Below the pieces are notes generated by a model. The model was not told the DNA's origin, did not search any database, and worked only from the letters and a program-made list of their open reading frames with translations. The position numbers and the translations under genes were made by a program. DNA of 64,000 nt. Source: a bacterium. Lineage in GTDB: Bacteria; Patescibacteriota; Minisyncoccia; Phycocordibacterales; UBA9973. Every line of letters starts with the position of its first letter. Positions within the stretch are counted from its first letter, which is position 1. Positions 36,675 to 45,916 of the stretch are shown in pieces. The stretch lies in the NCBI GenBank assembly GCA_037127795.1, contig JBAXXQ010000001.1:78607-142606 (forward strand). The letters run 5' to 3'.

Positions 36675-37061
36675 ATGAGATATATTGGTGTGGATTATGG
36701 GTCAAAACGAGTAGGGGTGGCTGTTTCAGATAGTGAGGGGCTTTTGGCATTTCCTCGAGAAATAGTCCCTCAAAAAGAATCATTGCAATATATACTTACT
36801 TTGTGCAAAGAAATGCCGTGCGGGGGTATTGTTATAGGAAAATCGCTCGATAGTAATGGTAACCAAAATCGTATTATGGATGCGATCCATGATTTTGAGA
36901 CAGTACTCATGAAGCATACCAAGGTCCCTATTTATTTTGAACGAGAAGACTTTTCTTCTTTTGAGGCGCACCGGTTCCAATTGGAAAAGGGGAATAGAGA
37001 TGATAGTGCCGCCGCTATAATCCTCCAACGTTTCCTCGATAAGAAAAATATGAGAAACTAA
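36675..37061 (+). CDS. ruvX: Holliday-junction-resolvase-like putative pre-16S rRNA nuclease YqgF/RuvX
   Basis: MRYIGVDYGSKRVGVAVSD N-terminus. Confidence 0.8.
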   Translation: MRYIGVDYGSKRVGVAVSDSEGLLAFPREIVPQKESLQYILTLCKEMPCGGIVIGKSLDSNGNQNRIMDAIHDFETVLMKHTKVPIYFEREDFSSFEAHRFQLEKGNRDDSAAAIILQRFLDKKNMRN

Positions 37062-37065
37062 TACT

Positions 37066-37458
37066 ATGCAAACAGAAGACACACAGACAGAAATACAAAA
37101 AGAAGAAACAGTGGTAGAAGAAAAAACCTACATCACTATAGACGACTTTAAAAAAGTTGAAGCGCGTATTGGAAAAATCCTTACCGCAGAAGCAGTAGAA
37201 AATTCTGATAAGCTTATAAAATTTTCAATTGATTTTGGAGAAGAAAATCCTCGCCAAATATTGTCTGCAATTCGTGAATGGTATACAGACCCGAGTGCGC
37301 TTGTAGGGAAGAGTATGCTTTTTTGTACAAATCTCGCGCCGCGTCCTATCAGAGGGTATGAATCCAACGGTATGTTGATGGCAGTAGATGGTATAGATGG
37401 CAAACCAGTTTTTCTTGTTGCAGATGATGCAGTGCATCCTGGTAGTGCCGTGCGATAA
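37066..37458 (+). CDS. stand-alone tRNA-binding domain protein (Trbp111/CsaA/EMAP-like OB fold)
   Basis: ITIDDFKKVEARIGKILTAE...KLIKFSIDFGEE...MLFCTNLAPRPIRGYESNGMLMA matches the Myf/tRNA-binding domain found at PheT/MetG termini. Confidence 0.7.
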   Translation: MQTEDTQTEIQKEETVVEEKTYITIDDFKKVEARIGKILTAEAVENSDKLIKFSIDFGEENPRQILSAIREWYTDPSALVGKSMLFCTNLAPRPIRGYESNGMLMAVDGIDGKPVFLVADDAVHPGSAVR

Positions 37459-37486
37459 AAATAAAAATATCGTATACTACATACAC

Positions 37487-38551
37487 ATGAAATTTGCACA
37501 ATTGTTTCCGACACCAAAATTTATTATGCCGACTACGGTAGGTATAGATTTTTCTGACACAGCACTTCGTTTTCTTTCATTAGAAAAAAAGGGAGATATA
37601 TTGTTGCCTGCTAGCTTCAAAGAAATACCACTCAATCCAGGTGTTGTAGTAGGAGGGCGAGTAAAAGATACTGCGGCTTTTAGTGCAGTATTACAAAATG
37701 TAAAAGATACGCATGGTATAGAGTTTGTAAAAGTTTCTATACCTGAATCCCAACTCTATCTTTCTACTATCGCTATAGACAAAGCAGATGCGCACCATAT
37801 GTCGCAAGCAATAGAGCTAGTATTGGAAGACCATATCCCGCTTACGCTCAACGAAGCAGTATTTGATTTTAGTGTACTCAAAGAGGAGCAAGACAAAATA
37901 ATAGTACAAGTAGTCGCCGCACCAATTGCTATCATTCAGGAATTGCATGATATTTTGTCTGGGGTAGGGCTTATACCACTTGCATTTGAGCTCGAGGGGC
38001 AGGCTGTTGCTCGGGCAATATTTAGTAATCCAAATGAAGGAAGTCGTATGATTGTAGATTTTGGCGCAGCGCGTACTACTATCACGGTGGTAACAGGGGG
38101 AATTTCTGTATTTACCTCAACACTTGAATTCGGTGGTGCGCACCTTACTACTATGCTTGCAAAAGAGCTCAATGTATCTTTAGAAGACGCAGAGACGCTC
38201 AAGCGTACCTATGGGCTCCAAGCTATGGGTGAGCGCCAAGATATTTTTGAAGTTATATCAGGTGGGGTAGGGACATTGAAAGATGAAATAAATCGCCGCT
38301 ATGTATTTTGGCATGAACAAAATGATCAGAATTTTCATTTTCCCCGCATTCAAGATATTGTGATCTGTGGAGGGTACAGTAATTTGCCAGGTCTTGCAGA
38401 TTATTTGTCTGCATCATTGAAGTTGCAAGTATCGCAAGCATCTCCATGGAAGAATTGTTTTTCTACAGATGATACAATACCAAGTATAGATAAAGAGCGT
38501 GCAATGAGTTTTATTACCTGTATAGGACTTTGTTTGAGTGATTATGAATAA
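37487..38551 (+). CDS. pilM: type IV pilus assembly protein PilM (actin-like ATPase)
   Basis: TTVGIDFSDTALRF N-terminus, actin-fold segments; -10 TATACT at 37473-37478; start ATG 37487. Confidence 0.75.
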   Translation: MKFAQLFPTPKFIMPTTVGIDFSDTALRFLSLEKKGDILLPASFKEIPLNPGVVVGGRVKDTAAFSAVLQNVKDTHGIEFVKVSIPESQLYLSTIAIDKADAHHMSQAIELVLEDHIPLTLNEAVFDFSVLKEEQDKIIVQVVAAPIAIIQELHDILSGVGLIPLAFELEGQAVARAIFSNPNEGSRMIVDFGAARTTITVVTGGISVFTSTLEFGGAHLTTMLAKELNVSLEDAETLKRTYGLQAMGERQDIFEVISGGVGTLKDEINRRYVFWHEQNDQNFHFPRIQDIVICGGYSNLPGLADYLSASLKLQVSQASPWKNCFSTDDTIPSIDKERAMSFITCIGLCLSDYE

Positions 38552-39068
38552 TATTTTACCACAAGAAGAAAAGCGAGAAATAAAAAAAATGATGCGCATG
38601 CGTCTTTGGGTTGCTGTTTGTGGTGCATTGGTATTGATACTCGCTATGATGTGGGTATTACTGATCCCTACAGAGCTTTTGCTAAAATCACAGCTTGCTG
38701 TATTGCACACACAATCAGATAGTTTGCGTGCGCGGTCTGGTGCTGTCGCACTCGATCAATCTATCGGATCACTTACTACACAAACTGCAAGTCTTGAAAA
38801 AACCCTTGTATTACAAAAGGATAAGCCGTTTTATCAAACAGTAAAAACAGTACTTGGTAATACGTATACAGGTATTGCTATACAATCAGTCAGTATTTCT
38901 TCTGCACCAGGGGCAGTATCAGTAACGGGTGTTGCACAAGATCGAGAATCTCTCGAAGCATTTGATGCGCAGCTCCGAGCACTTCCTGGGGTGACTGATA
39001 TCGAGAGTCCGTTGTCGAACTTTATCAAAAGTAAGGGCGGGCAGTTTTCTGTCAGTATCATTTTTTAA
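38538..39068 (+). CDS. pilN: type IV pilus assembly protein PilN-like
   Basis: Short cytoplasmic N-term, single TM, periplasmic coiled region; operonic with pilM. Confidence 0.5.
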   Translation: MIMNNILPQEEKREIKKMMRMRLWVAVCGALVLILAMMWVLLIPTELLLKSQLAVLHTQSDSLRARSGAVALDQSIGSLTTQTASLEKTLVLQKDKPFYQTVKTVLGNTYTGIAIQSVSISSAPGAVSVTGVAQDRESLEAFDAQLRALPGVTDIESPLSNFIKSKGGQFSVSIIF

Positions 39069-39071
39069 TAT

Positions 39072-39632
39072 ATGCATCAATACATCAAAAAACAAAAAAC
39101 AACACTTAGCATACTTATTTGTTTGATCATAGTATGTGGATTTTTTGTATATCAAACAATACATACTATTGGAAATATGGAGCAGGGTATCACTGATGCA
39201 AAAAAAACTATTGCACAATTTACTACTACAGACACTGGGCAATCTGCCCACACTGCAGCGATTTCTGATTTGCAAAACGCCGTCAATAGTTTAAGTAAAA
39301 ATATTTTACACAAAGATGATGTACCAGGATTTCTTTCTCACATAGAAGATCTCGCGACAAAAAACGGAGTAGATTTTAGTGTGGTAAATGTTGATACAGG
39401 ATCTCAGGATACTACAAAAAAACTTTCTATAGCATTTTCTGTAAAGGGGACACAGGCTGCAATACAAACTTTTTTTGATGTAGTACAAGCACAACCACAA
39501 GCAGTTCGTCTTTCACAATTATTCTTTTCACTTACCGCAACAAATGTTGATATGTCTGGTACTAAAAAAGGTCACATAGCAATACCACAAGCAGGTGCAA
39601 CGGGAACATTAGAAGTATTGAGTATACAATAA
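39072..39632 (+). CDS. pilO: type IV pilus assembly protein PilO-like
   Basis: TM anchor + periplasmic domain, position after pilN. Confidence 0.45.
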   Translation: MHQYIKKQKTTLSILICLIIVCGFFVYQTIHTIGNMEQGITDAKKTIAQFTTTDTGQSAHTAAISDLQNAVNSLSKNILHKDDVPGFLSHIEDLATKNGVDFSVVNVDTGSQDTTKKLSIAFSVKGTQAAIQTFFDVVQAQPQAVRLSQLFFSLTATNVDMSGTKKGHIAIPQAGATGTLEVLSIQ

Positions 39633-39633
39633 T

Positions 39634-39924
39634 ATGAATATCCAACACATGTTACATATCAAACACGGACAAAATAAAAAACTTGACCCAAGAATCTTTT
39701 GGCAGTGGTGTGTTATTGGTTTTATTGGTGCATTTTGTGCGGTGACATTGTACGCAATCTTTCTTTTTAAAACGACACAGCAATTTATCGATGCGCCAAT
39801 GACTGTCGGTACAAGTAATACCGATGATGTAGTTGCTCGTCTTTCAAAGCGAGTAATTGCAGTACAAAATGCAGTCCAAACACGGACAGGAATCTCTACA
39901 ATAGAGGATACTTCACAAAATTAA
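39634..39924 (+). CDS. small membrane protein, possibly PilP-like
   Basis: 96 aa with one TM helix, last gene of pilMNO cluster. Confidence 0.3.
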   Translation: MNIQHMLHIKHGQNKKLDPRIFWQWCVIGFIGAFCAVTLYAIFLFKTTQQFIDAPMTVGTSNTDDVVARLSKRVIAVQNAVQTRTGISTIEDTSQN

Positions 39925-39963
39925 CGAGTAATGGTACACTCCTACTACCCTTTCTAGGGAGTC

Positions 39964-40035
39964 GCCCTTGTAGTTCAATGGATAGAACTGCGGACTTCTA
40001 AGCCGTTAATCTAGGTTCGATTCCTAGCGAGGGCA
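39964..40035 (+). tRNA. tRNA-Arg (anticodon UCU)
   Basis: GCCCTTGTAGTTCAATGGATAGAACTGCGGACTTCTAAGCCGTTAATCTAGGTTCGATTCCTAGCGAGGGCA; anticodon loop CUUCUAA. Confidence 0.85.
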
Positions 40036-40208
40036 CAAAGCATGTAGAGCAGGTGAACTGCTTCACCTGCGAATGCTTTGTGCGGGCGCAGGTATGCCGG
40101 TAGGCAACCGAGCCGGGGTCGCGAGTACTTAGTATAAATACGATCCACCAATAGGTGGAGAAGTATTTTACTTAGTAACTTGTGACCACAAATAATTTTA
40201 AAGAGCAT
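40036..40208 (+). other. 173-nt structured inter-tRNA spacer (candidate ncRNA or processing element)
   Basis: Nested 8+8-bp hairpin caaagcat..caggtgaa-ctgc-ttcacctg..atgctttg (40036-40080), GC-rich segment with GCC-GGUA-GGC hairpin, then ccacc-aata-ggtgg. Confidence 0.3.
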
Positions 40209-40280
40209 GCGCTCTTAGCTCAGTGGTAGAGCAGCGCTTTTACACAGCGAAGGTCGGGGGTTCAAATCCCTCAGGGCGCA
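40209..40280 (+). tRNA. tRNA-Val (anticodon UAC)
   Basis: GCGCTCTTAGCTCAGTGGTAGAGCAGCGCTTTTACACAGCGAAGGTCGGGGGTTCAAATCCCTCAGGGCGCA. Confidence 0.85.
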
Positions 40281-40286
40281 CAAAAT

Positions 40287-41015
40287 ATGAGCTTCGAAAC
40301 TATAAAACCTTTAGAAATACATAAAATAAAAAAGCTTATTGAATCTAAGCAAGTAGAAGAACTTGTTGAATGTTTGCAAAAATTAGAAATACATACTGAA
40401 TCTATTGGTGTTGGTGGAAATGCTGAAGTTTTTGGTATTAAAGAAGGTCCTTTTTCTAAGGTTTGTTTAAAAAAGGTTGCAAAAACACCCCAAATAAGAT
40501 GTAACGATATTGATACTGAAACAAAAATTCAATCAATGGCAAGAAGTGCTGGGGTTAGGATTCCTCTCGCTTTAGTTTCTTTTGAATCGGGCGGACAAGA
40601 ATATTTGATCATGGAACGAATAATCGGAAATACTGTTGGTGAAATATCTGCAAGCCCATCTAAACTTCCTGAAAATTTTGATCCTAAATTATTTATGCAA
40701 AAATTAATACAGATGGTTGAACGTATGCACAATGCCGATATTTATCATAGAGACCTGCATACCAATAATGTTATGGTGGATAGTGATGGGTTGCCGGTGA
40801 TTATTGATTTTGGGACGGCTATACATACCCCATACTCAGGTGGAGGGGATTATGCATATGAGCAGCTCGCCTGGAGTTATGATAATATCAAGAAAAACTA
40901 TATAGAAACACCTGGGATATTTAAGGATGATATGGTAATGGTTAATAATATGAAAGGTTCTATTGCTATTGCTCATACAAATAATATCTTGACAAAAAGA
41001 GATAATAGATTATAA
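40287..41015 (+). CDS. small eukaryotic-like protein kinase domain protein (ePK/Kdo-kinase/RIO-like)
   Basis: Gly-rich loop GVGGNAEVFG, VCLKK lysine, catalytic loop HRDLHTNNVMV, DFG motif; 242 aa; begins 7 nt after tRNA-Val. Confidence 0.6.
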   Translation: MSFETIKPLEIHKIKKLIESKQVEELVECLQKLEIHTESIGVGGNAEVFGIKEGPFSKVCLKKVAKTPQIRCNDIDTETKIQSMARSAGVRIPLALVSFESGGQEYLIMERIIGNTVGEISASPSKLPENFDPKLFMQKLIQMVERMHNADIYHRDLHTNNVMVDSDGLPVIIDFGTAIHTPYSGGGDYAYEQLAWSYDNIKKNYIETPGIFKDDMVMVNNMKGSIAIAHTNNILTKRDNRL

Positions 41016-41033
41016 TAGGTAAAAATAATAAAT

Positions 41034-41246
41034 ATGTATATAAATACAGAGTTTGAAGATTTAGTTGTAAGAAAATATGATGAAGCGGTTAGTCAATCGC
41101 TCGATTCTATTCTTTTAGAAGATAATACTCTTGGTGAGTTGACTCTTTTTATAAAAGAAAAACCAGATTCTGTGCTTCTTACTTTTGAAGTCAGAGGTGT
41201 TACTGTATACGTAGGTGCGAATGATACCAAAAAGGCCTCTTCTTAA
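41034..41246 (+). CDS. hypothetical small protein
   Basis: 70-aa ORF. Confidence 0.3.
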   Translation: MYINTEFEDLVVRKYDEAVSQSLDSILLEDNTLGELTLFIKEKPDSVLLTFEVRGVTVYVGANDTKKASS

Positions 41247-41274
41247 AGAAGATTAGGCCTTTTTATTTTTTTAT

Positions 41275-42000
41275 ATGGATACCCTTTTCGAAGATGAAAA
41301 CTATATAGTACTCAATAAACCTGCAGGGATTATGGTACATGGTGACGGAAAAACGAATGAACGAACATTGGTTAATTTTGTATTGGAAAAGTGTCCCGAA
41401 ATACAAGGAGTAGGGGATCCTGCACGACTCGGAGATACTCCTATAGAGCGCTCAGGGGTCGTACACCGTCTCGATCAAGAAACAAGTGGTGCTATTATTT
41501 TTGCAAAAAACCAAGACGCATTTCTTTTTTTAAAAAAACAGTTTCAGGATAGATTGGTACAAAAAGAATATCACGCATTTGTATGGGGGCACTTCAAAGA
41601 ATTGTCTGGATATGTCGATGAACCGATAGGGAGGAATAAGGGAGATTTTCGCCGGTGGACTGCAGGACGAGGAATTCGCGGAGAAGTACGCGAGGCATAT
41701 ACCCGATGGGAAGTGGTGCAGTCTTTTGAGGATACTGCTATGCAAAAATTCTCTTTTTTGAAGCTATATCCCAAAACTGGGCGAACACACCAGCTCCGTG
41801 TCCATATGAAGTACCTCCAACGGCCGATAGTGTCAGATCATCTATATGCGCCTAGTTTCCCAGACGCGCTCGGTTTTACTCGTGTTGCACTGCATGCCCG
41901 AAAAGTCACTTTTATGACCATTTCTGGCGAGAGTATGACCATAGAGGCGCCATATCCGGCTGATTTTACTTACGCCCTTGCTCAGAACTCCGTTTTATGA
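41275..42000 (+). CDS. RluA-family pseudouridine synthase
   Basis: HRLDQETSGAIIFAK catalytic Asp motif. Confidence 0.8.
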   Translation: MDTLFEDENYIVLNKPAGIMVHGDGKTNERTLVNFVLEKCPEIQGVGDPARLGDTPIERSGVVHRLDQETSGAIIFAKNQDAFLFLKKQFQDRLVQKEYHAFVWGHFKELSGYVDEPIGRNKGDFRRWTAGRGIRGEVREAYTRWEVVQSFEDTAMQKFSFLKLYPKTGRTHQLRVHMKYLQRPIVSDHLYAPSFPDALGFTRVALHARKVTFMTISGESMTIEAPYPADFTYALAQNSVL

Positions 42001-42006
42001 TACAGT

Positions 42007-42426
42007 GTGCCCACTATGGAAAACACAGAATTTAGCCCAGTAGCAATCGCAGAACGTAAAGCTCTCGCATTTCAATCTGGAGACACAGTACGTGTCTGGT
42101 CAAAAATTGAAGATAAAGGAAAGTATCGTTTGCAGGCTTTTGAAGGTCTCGTACTTGCTCGCAAGCACGGTACTACTCCATCTGCTACATTCACTGTTCG
42201 TAAGATCTCAAACAGTGTAGGAGTAGAAAGAGTGTTTCCTCTTTATTCTCCACTCGTAGACAAGATTGAAATCTTGAAAAAAGCAAAAACTCGCCGAAGT
42301 AAGCTTTACTACATCCGAGACAAGGCAGCAAAAGAAATTCGCCGCAAAATGAAAATGATTCTTACAGGCAAAATAAAAGACGAGCCAGTAGAAGAAGTTT
42401 CAGAAGAAACAGCAACTCAAGAATAA
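42007..42426 (+). CDS. rplS: 50S ribosomal protein L19 (with C-terminal Lys/Glu-rich extension)
   Basis: GDTVRVWSKIEDKGKYRLQAFEGLVLARKHG...FTVRKIS. Confidence 0.85.
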   Translation: MPTMENTEFSPVAIAERKALAFQSGDTVRVWSKIEDKGKYRLQAFEGLVLARKHGTTPSATFTVRKISNSVGVERVFPLYSPLVDKIEILKKAKTRRSKLYYIRDKAAKEIRRKMKMILTGKIKDEPVEEVSEETATQE

Positions 42427-42429
42427 AAC

Positions 42430-42461
42430 AAAAAGACCAGATATTACTATCTGGTCTTTTT
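42430..42461 (+). terminator. rho-independent terminator after rplS
   Basis: aaaaagaccagatattactatctggtcttttt. Confidence 0.75.
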
Positions 42462-42463
42462 AC

Positions 42464-42491
42464 TTGAAAAAAGTACGGTATCTGCTATAGT
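42464..42491 (+). promoter_or_regulatory. tRNA-Leu promoter TTGAAA-N16-TATAGT (TGc extended -10)
   Basis: cTTGAAAaaagtacggtatcTGcTATAGT, 9 nt before tRNA 5' end. Confidence 0.55.
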
Positions 42492-42500
42492 AGGGATGTT

Positions 42501-42584
42501 GCGCGGGTGGCGAAACTGGTAGACGCACTACCTTGAGGTGGTAGCGGGAGCAATCCCTTGGAGGTTCAAGTCCTCTCTCGCGCA
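42501..42584 (+). tRNA. tRNA-Leu (anticodon GAG), long variable arm
   Basis: GCGCGGGTGGCGAAACTGGTAGACGCACTACCTTGAGGTGGTAGCGGGAGCAATCCCTTGGAGGTTCAAGTCCTCTCTCGCGCA. Confidence 0.85.
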
Positions 42585-42591
42585 CAAATAC

Positions 42592-42625
42592 AAAAAAGCA
42601 CAGATTAAATTCTGTGCTTTTTTGT
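42592..42625 (+). terminator. rho-independent terminator after tRNA-Leu
   Basis: aaaaaagcacagattaaattctgtgcttttttg. Confidence 0.75.
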
Positions 42626-42732
42626 ATTAAGTTGCAGTATAAAAGTGACTTGAACCGTAGGCGAATATTTGTAAAACAAATATTCGTTTCGAACGAAGTG
42701 AGAGGCAAGTCCTCTCGTAAATAAATACCTCT

Positions 42733-43803
42733 CTATTTTGCGACTATGTCGTTTTGATTTACAGGAACTGAAGCATCAATGTCTTGGGTGATATACATAG
42801 GATTCTTTGGGTCACGATGCCATGCCTTACCAAGTAATTGTTTTATTTCTTCTGAATTTGCATGATATGTAAAGAACACGTCTTTTCTCATATTTGCAGT
42901 GAGTGTTCCGTATTGTTTTTGGTATTCCGCTGAAGAAAATGTTCCTGGTAATAGATCTTCTAGTTTTTGTAGGGTTGCAGCATCTTTTACTACATAGTAT
43001 GTACCTGCGTGATCATTTTCATCTCCACGAATATTTACATAAAAAGAGCTATCAAGTGCAGCGCGAGGAGTTTTTTCTATTGATGTTTTTATCTCAACAG
43101 TTTTTTCTGGTTTTGTTTCAGGTGTTAATTGAGAAATAGTGTTGAGTTGGTTCATAACAAAAGCAGTACGAGACCCTAGGATACCATCATCAAATGTTTC
43201 GGCATTTGTCTGACCATACGCTTCGTGCATTTTTTTCAAAATATCAGGACGGTGTTGTTCAAGATATGTATACATGTCTTTTTGTAAGCTAAGATTGTTT
43301 TCGGTATTAAAACCATATTCTTTTGCTACCTTATAGACATCTTCTGTAGTTACATGATAAGGGTTGTTTTCAAAAGAATTGTCTTGTCCGGTAGGGGTTT
43401 TTTCTGTACCACCTTTGTAGAAATGAAGTCCTTTCACAGATTCCATTTCTTTTGCAATCTTTATGCTCGCCTCCTTTTTAATATTTTTTGATTCTTCGTT
43501 AGAAGTGCCATTTTTTTCATTTTTTGCTGATGCAAAAAAACTACTAAGTCCAAAAAGACCAGTAAGGAGGGTTTTTCTCACTACTTTTGGTACCTCAATA
43601 CTAAACCCTTTTTTAGTATTTGACTCTTTTTGTACAGGAGGGATTTGTGCAATCTCTTCTTTAATGGTTTTTATTTGCTCTTGTTCTTTTTCAATTGCGT
43701 GTATTTTTTGTTCTTGTTCTACAGCTTTTTGAAGAGTATTTAATTGTTCATTATTAGTAGTAATATGTTCTTTATTTGAAAGTATGTCCTCTTGTTGTTC
43801 CAT
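42733..43803 (-). CDS. hypothetical protein with N-terminal coiled-coil and signal-anchor
   Basis: Glu/Gln/Lys-rich heptad-like N-term, hydrophobic TLLTGLFGLSSFFASA, 356 aa. Confidence 0.4.
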   Translation of the reverse strand: MEQQEDILSNKEHITTNNEQLNTLQKAVEQEQKIHAIEKEQEQIKTIKEEIAQIPPVQKESNTKKGFSIEVPKVVRKTLLTGLFGLSSFFASAKNEKNGTSNEESKNIKKEASIKIAKEMESVKGLHFYKGGTEKTPTGQDNSFENNPYHVTTEDVYKVAKEYGFNTENNLSLQKDMYTYLEQHRPDILKKMHEAYGQTNAETFDDGILGSRTAFVMNQLNTISQLTPETKPEKTVEIKTSIEKTPRAALDSSFYVNIRGDENDHAGTYYVVKDAATLQKLEDLLPGTFSSAEYQKQYGTLTANMRKDVFFTYHANSEEIKQLLGKAWHRDPKNPMYITQDIDASVPVNQNDIVAK

Positions 43804-43834
43804 GTTGCGATTATAGCATGATATACTAGATTGT

Positions 43835-44236
43835 ATGTATATATATCTTGGATTGATTTGTACGCTTGCAGGAGTTTGGATTTCTCATAAATTGTATATG
43901 GGGAAGCGTGGCAAAGTGAAGCTTGCCTGCCCACGAGAGGGTAGTTGCGATATTGTGCTCCATAGTACTCACTCAGAGCTTTTTGGAGTAGGAAATGAAA
44001 CCTGGGGGCTCTTGTATTTTTCTTTGGTTGGACTTGTTCTTGCGACACTCATACTTCGTATCAGTAGCACTATGGTACACCTTGCTTTGTTTTTTACTAC
44101 AGGTGGTATTTTGTATAGTTTGTATCTTATATATATACAAGCAGGGATTTTGAAAAAATGGTGCTGGTGGTGCGTGTCTGTTGCGGGGATAAATTTTATT
44201 TTATGGAGTAGTGTTATTTTGTGTAGTATTAGATAG
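43835..44236 (+). CDS. vitamin K epoxide reductase (VKOR)-family membrane thiol oxidoreductase
   Basis: Loop Cys pair (CPREGSCD) and TM CWWC (CxxC), 4 TM helices. Confidence 0.55.
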   Translation: MYIYLGLICTLAGVWISHKLYMGKRGKVKLACPREGSCDIVLHSTHSELFGVGNETWGLLYFSLVGLVLATLILRISSTMVHLALFFTTGGILYSLYLIYIQAGILKKWCWWCVSVAGINFILWSSVILCSIR

Positions 44237-44237
44237 T

Positions 44238-44786
44238 ATGTTGTATACAGGAAAGGGGGATAGTGGTACTACAAAATTATTTAACACGCCGTCTGGTGAG
44301 CGTATTTCAAAAACGAGCCCTGTATTTGATGCGCTCGGTACTACCGATGAACTTGTTGCACATGTAGGATATTTGAAAGTGCTTGTTTCTAATCATACAG
44401 AAAAAGTATTGGATAAAAATCTTGCGATAATACTGCACGAAGTACAAGAATCTCTTTTTGTTATCCAGGCACAGTTGGCGGGAGCGGCTATGCCGCTCCC
44501 GCCCCAAAAGGTGGCTGATCTCGAAGCACTCACCAATGCAATAGAAACCACCTTGCCACCTATTATCACCTTCTTTATCGCTGGTGGGACCCAAGAGGCA
44601 GCCTTCGCAGATATCTGTAGGACTATCGCAAGACGCATGGAACGTGATATATTACGTGCGCAGGCGCCTCTAGTAGAAGAATCTACCTACGCCTACACAA
44701 ATCGTCTTTCGAGCCTTTTTTACGCCCTCGCTAGACTTTTGAACCACATTTCTGGTATAAAGGAGGAACCCCCGACATATTCTTGA
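44238..44786 (+). CDS. ATP:cob(I)alamin adenosyltransferase, PduO-type
   Basis: MLYTGKGDSGTTKLF N-terminus typical of PduO/MMAB family. Confidence 0.7.
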   Translation: MLYTGKGDSGTTKLFNTPSGERISKTSPVFDALGTTDELVAHVGYLKVLVSNHTEKVLDKNLAIILHEVQESLFVIQAQLAGAAMPLPPQKVADLEALTNAIETTLPPIITFFIAGGTQEAAFADICRTIARRMERDILRAQAPLVEESTYAYTNRLSSLFYALARLLNHISGIKEEPPTYS

Positions 44787-44812
44787 TATACGGGGTAAAA
44801 AATCAAATACAT

Positions 44813-44884
44813 GGTGCCTATAGTTTAGTGGCAAAACTTCAGTTTGTGGAACTGATATCGAGGGTCCGATTCCCTCTAGGCACC
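44813..44884 (+). tRNA. tRNA-His (anticodon GUG) with encoded G-1
   Basis: G-GTGCCTATAGTTTAGTGGCAAAACTTCAGTTTGTGGAACTGATATCGAGGGTCCGATTCCCTCTAGGCAC-C; G-1 pairs with discriminator C73. Confidence 0.85.
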
Positions 44885-44959
44885 CCACGTTTTTAATCTT
44901 TATATAATAAAGGTTTAAAAAGACACCTTAGTGAAAATTAGGTCTAATACAATAAATAC

Positions 44960-45793
44960 TTATATTTTGGGTATATAAAAATACTTGTTAAATTTAATAC
45001 GCCATTTTTCGGCTTCCTTTTTTGAGCGTAATAGTGTTATTTTTGTTTGATCCTTTCTATTACAAAGCTTTTCAAGCTCTAAGTAATTTTCCTGGTTTAT
45101 AATAGTATATTTTTTGAAAAAGCTATCAATGTCATCGCTAAATCTTTTACTAACCGATATTTTAAAAATAAAGTCCCCCAGAACATTGATATATTCTGTA
45201 TTTTTTAAACCTAACTTAATTCCAAGTCCCACCTGAACAAAACTATTGGAATGATTTTGTTTAAACTGTTTATCTAATAGGGAGTTACTACCAAGAGCAA
45301 AAAATACAACTTTCTTATCATCTTTGAAGCGGCTAAGAAAAAATAGTTCTGATTGAGCTCGTGCGTATATCAACCATTCATGTGGGTGATATACAAGAAT
45401 AGGAGTTTTTGGATTGTGTTGGTTAAAAATAGGGTTATACGCATGTGTCCAAAATATTCCCATCAAAATAGGGTTTTTGAATTTATACGTTATTTTATCT
45501 CCATCTTCTAAAGACACAATGTCGTGCATAGCTTCGTTTGTTTCAGTGTATTTTTTACTAAAATGATATATACGTTGGAGCCACTGTCTGTTAATTTGAT
45601 ATATTTTCTTTTGCTTAGTAATAACCTCTTCTTCGAGCAATCTTCGTAGCGTTCTATAAAAAGTTTCTTTTGATATAGAAAAATCTCTCTCTAGGACATG
45701 TTTGAGAAGGGTAGGGCCAGTAATCTCTTTCTCATGGAGAAGTTCAACAATATATTCTTCTATTTTTTTATCACCATTTTGAGCCATTAACAT
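44960..45793 (-). CDS. winged-helix transcriptional regulator-like protein (divergent from CDPS gene)
   Basis: N-terminal IEEYIVELLHEKEITGPTLLKHVLERDFSISKETFYRTLRRLLEEEVI wHTH-like; rest unknown. Confidence 0.4.
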   Translation of the reverse strand: MLMAQNGDKKIEEYIVELLHEKEITGPTLLKHVLERDFSISKETFYRTLRRLLEEEVITKQKKIYQINRQWLQRIYHFSKKYTETNEAMHDIVSLEDGDKITYKFKNPILMGIFWTHAYNPIFNQHNPKTPILVYHPHEWLIYARAQSELFFLSRFKDDKKVVFFALGSNSLLDKQFKQNHSNSFVQVGLGIKLGLKNTEYINVLGDFIFKISVSKRFSDDIDSFFKKYTIINQENYLELEKLCNRKDQTKITLLRSKKEAEKWRIKFNKYFYIPKI

Positions 45794-45812
45794 ATACAGT
45801 AAGTATATCAAA

Positions 45813-45831
45813 AGTGTCAAAAAATGACACT
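45813..45831. promoter_or_regulatory. inverted repeat AGTGTCA-N5-TGACACT (candidate operator)
   Basis: Perfect 7-bp inverted repeat just upstream of the regulator start, between divergent genes. Confidence 0.35.
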
Positions 45832-45916
45832 AATATATTAAAAAACAATAAAAAATAGATTTGTCAAATAGGTGCTGTATATTCTTTTAAATATTCATTC
45901 ATTTAAAAAATATACT

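Noticed and set aside
43740-44048. 102-aa minus-strand ORF
   Set aside because: It overlaps the plus-strand VKOR-family gene (43835-44236), which has clear CxxC/TM features, and also the 5' end of the 42733-43803 gene. It is most likely a spurious antisense ORF.
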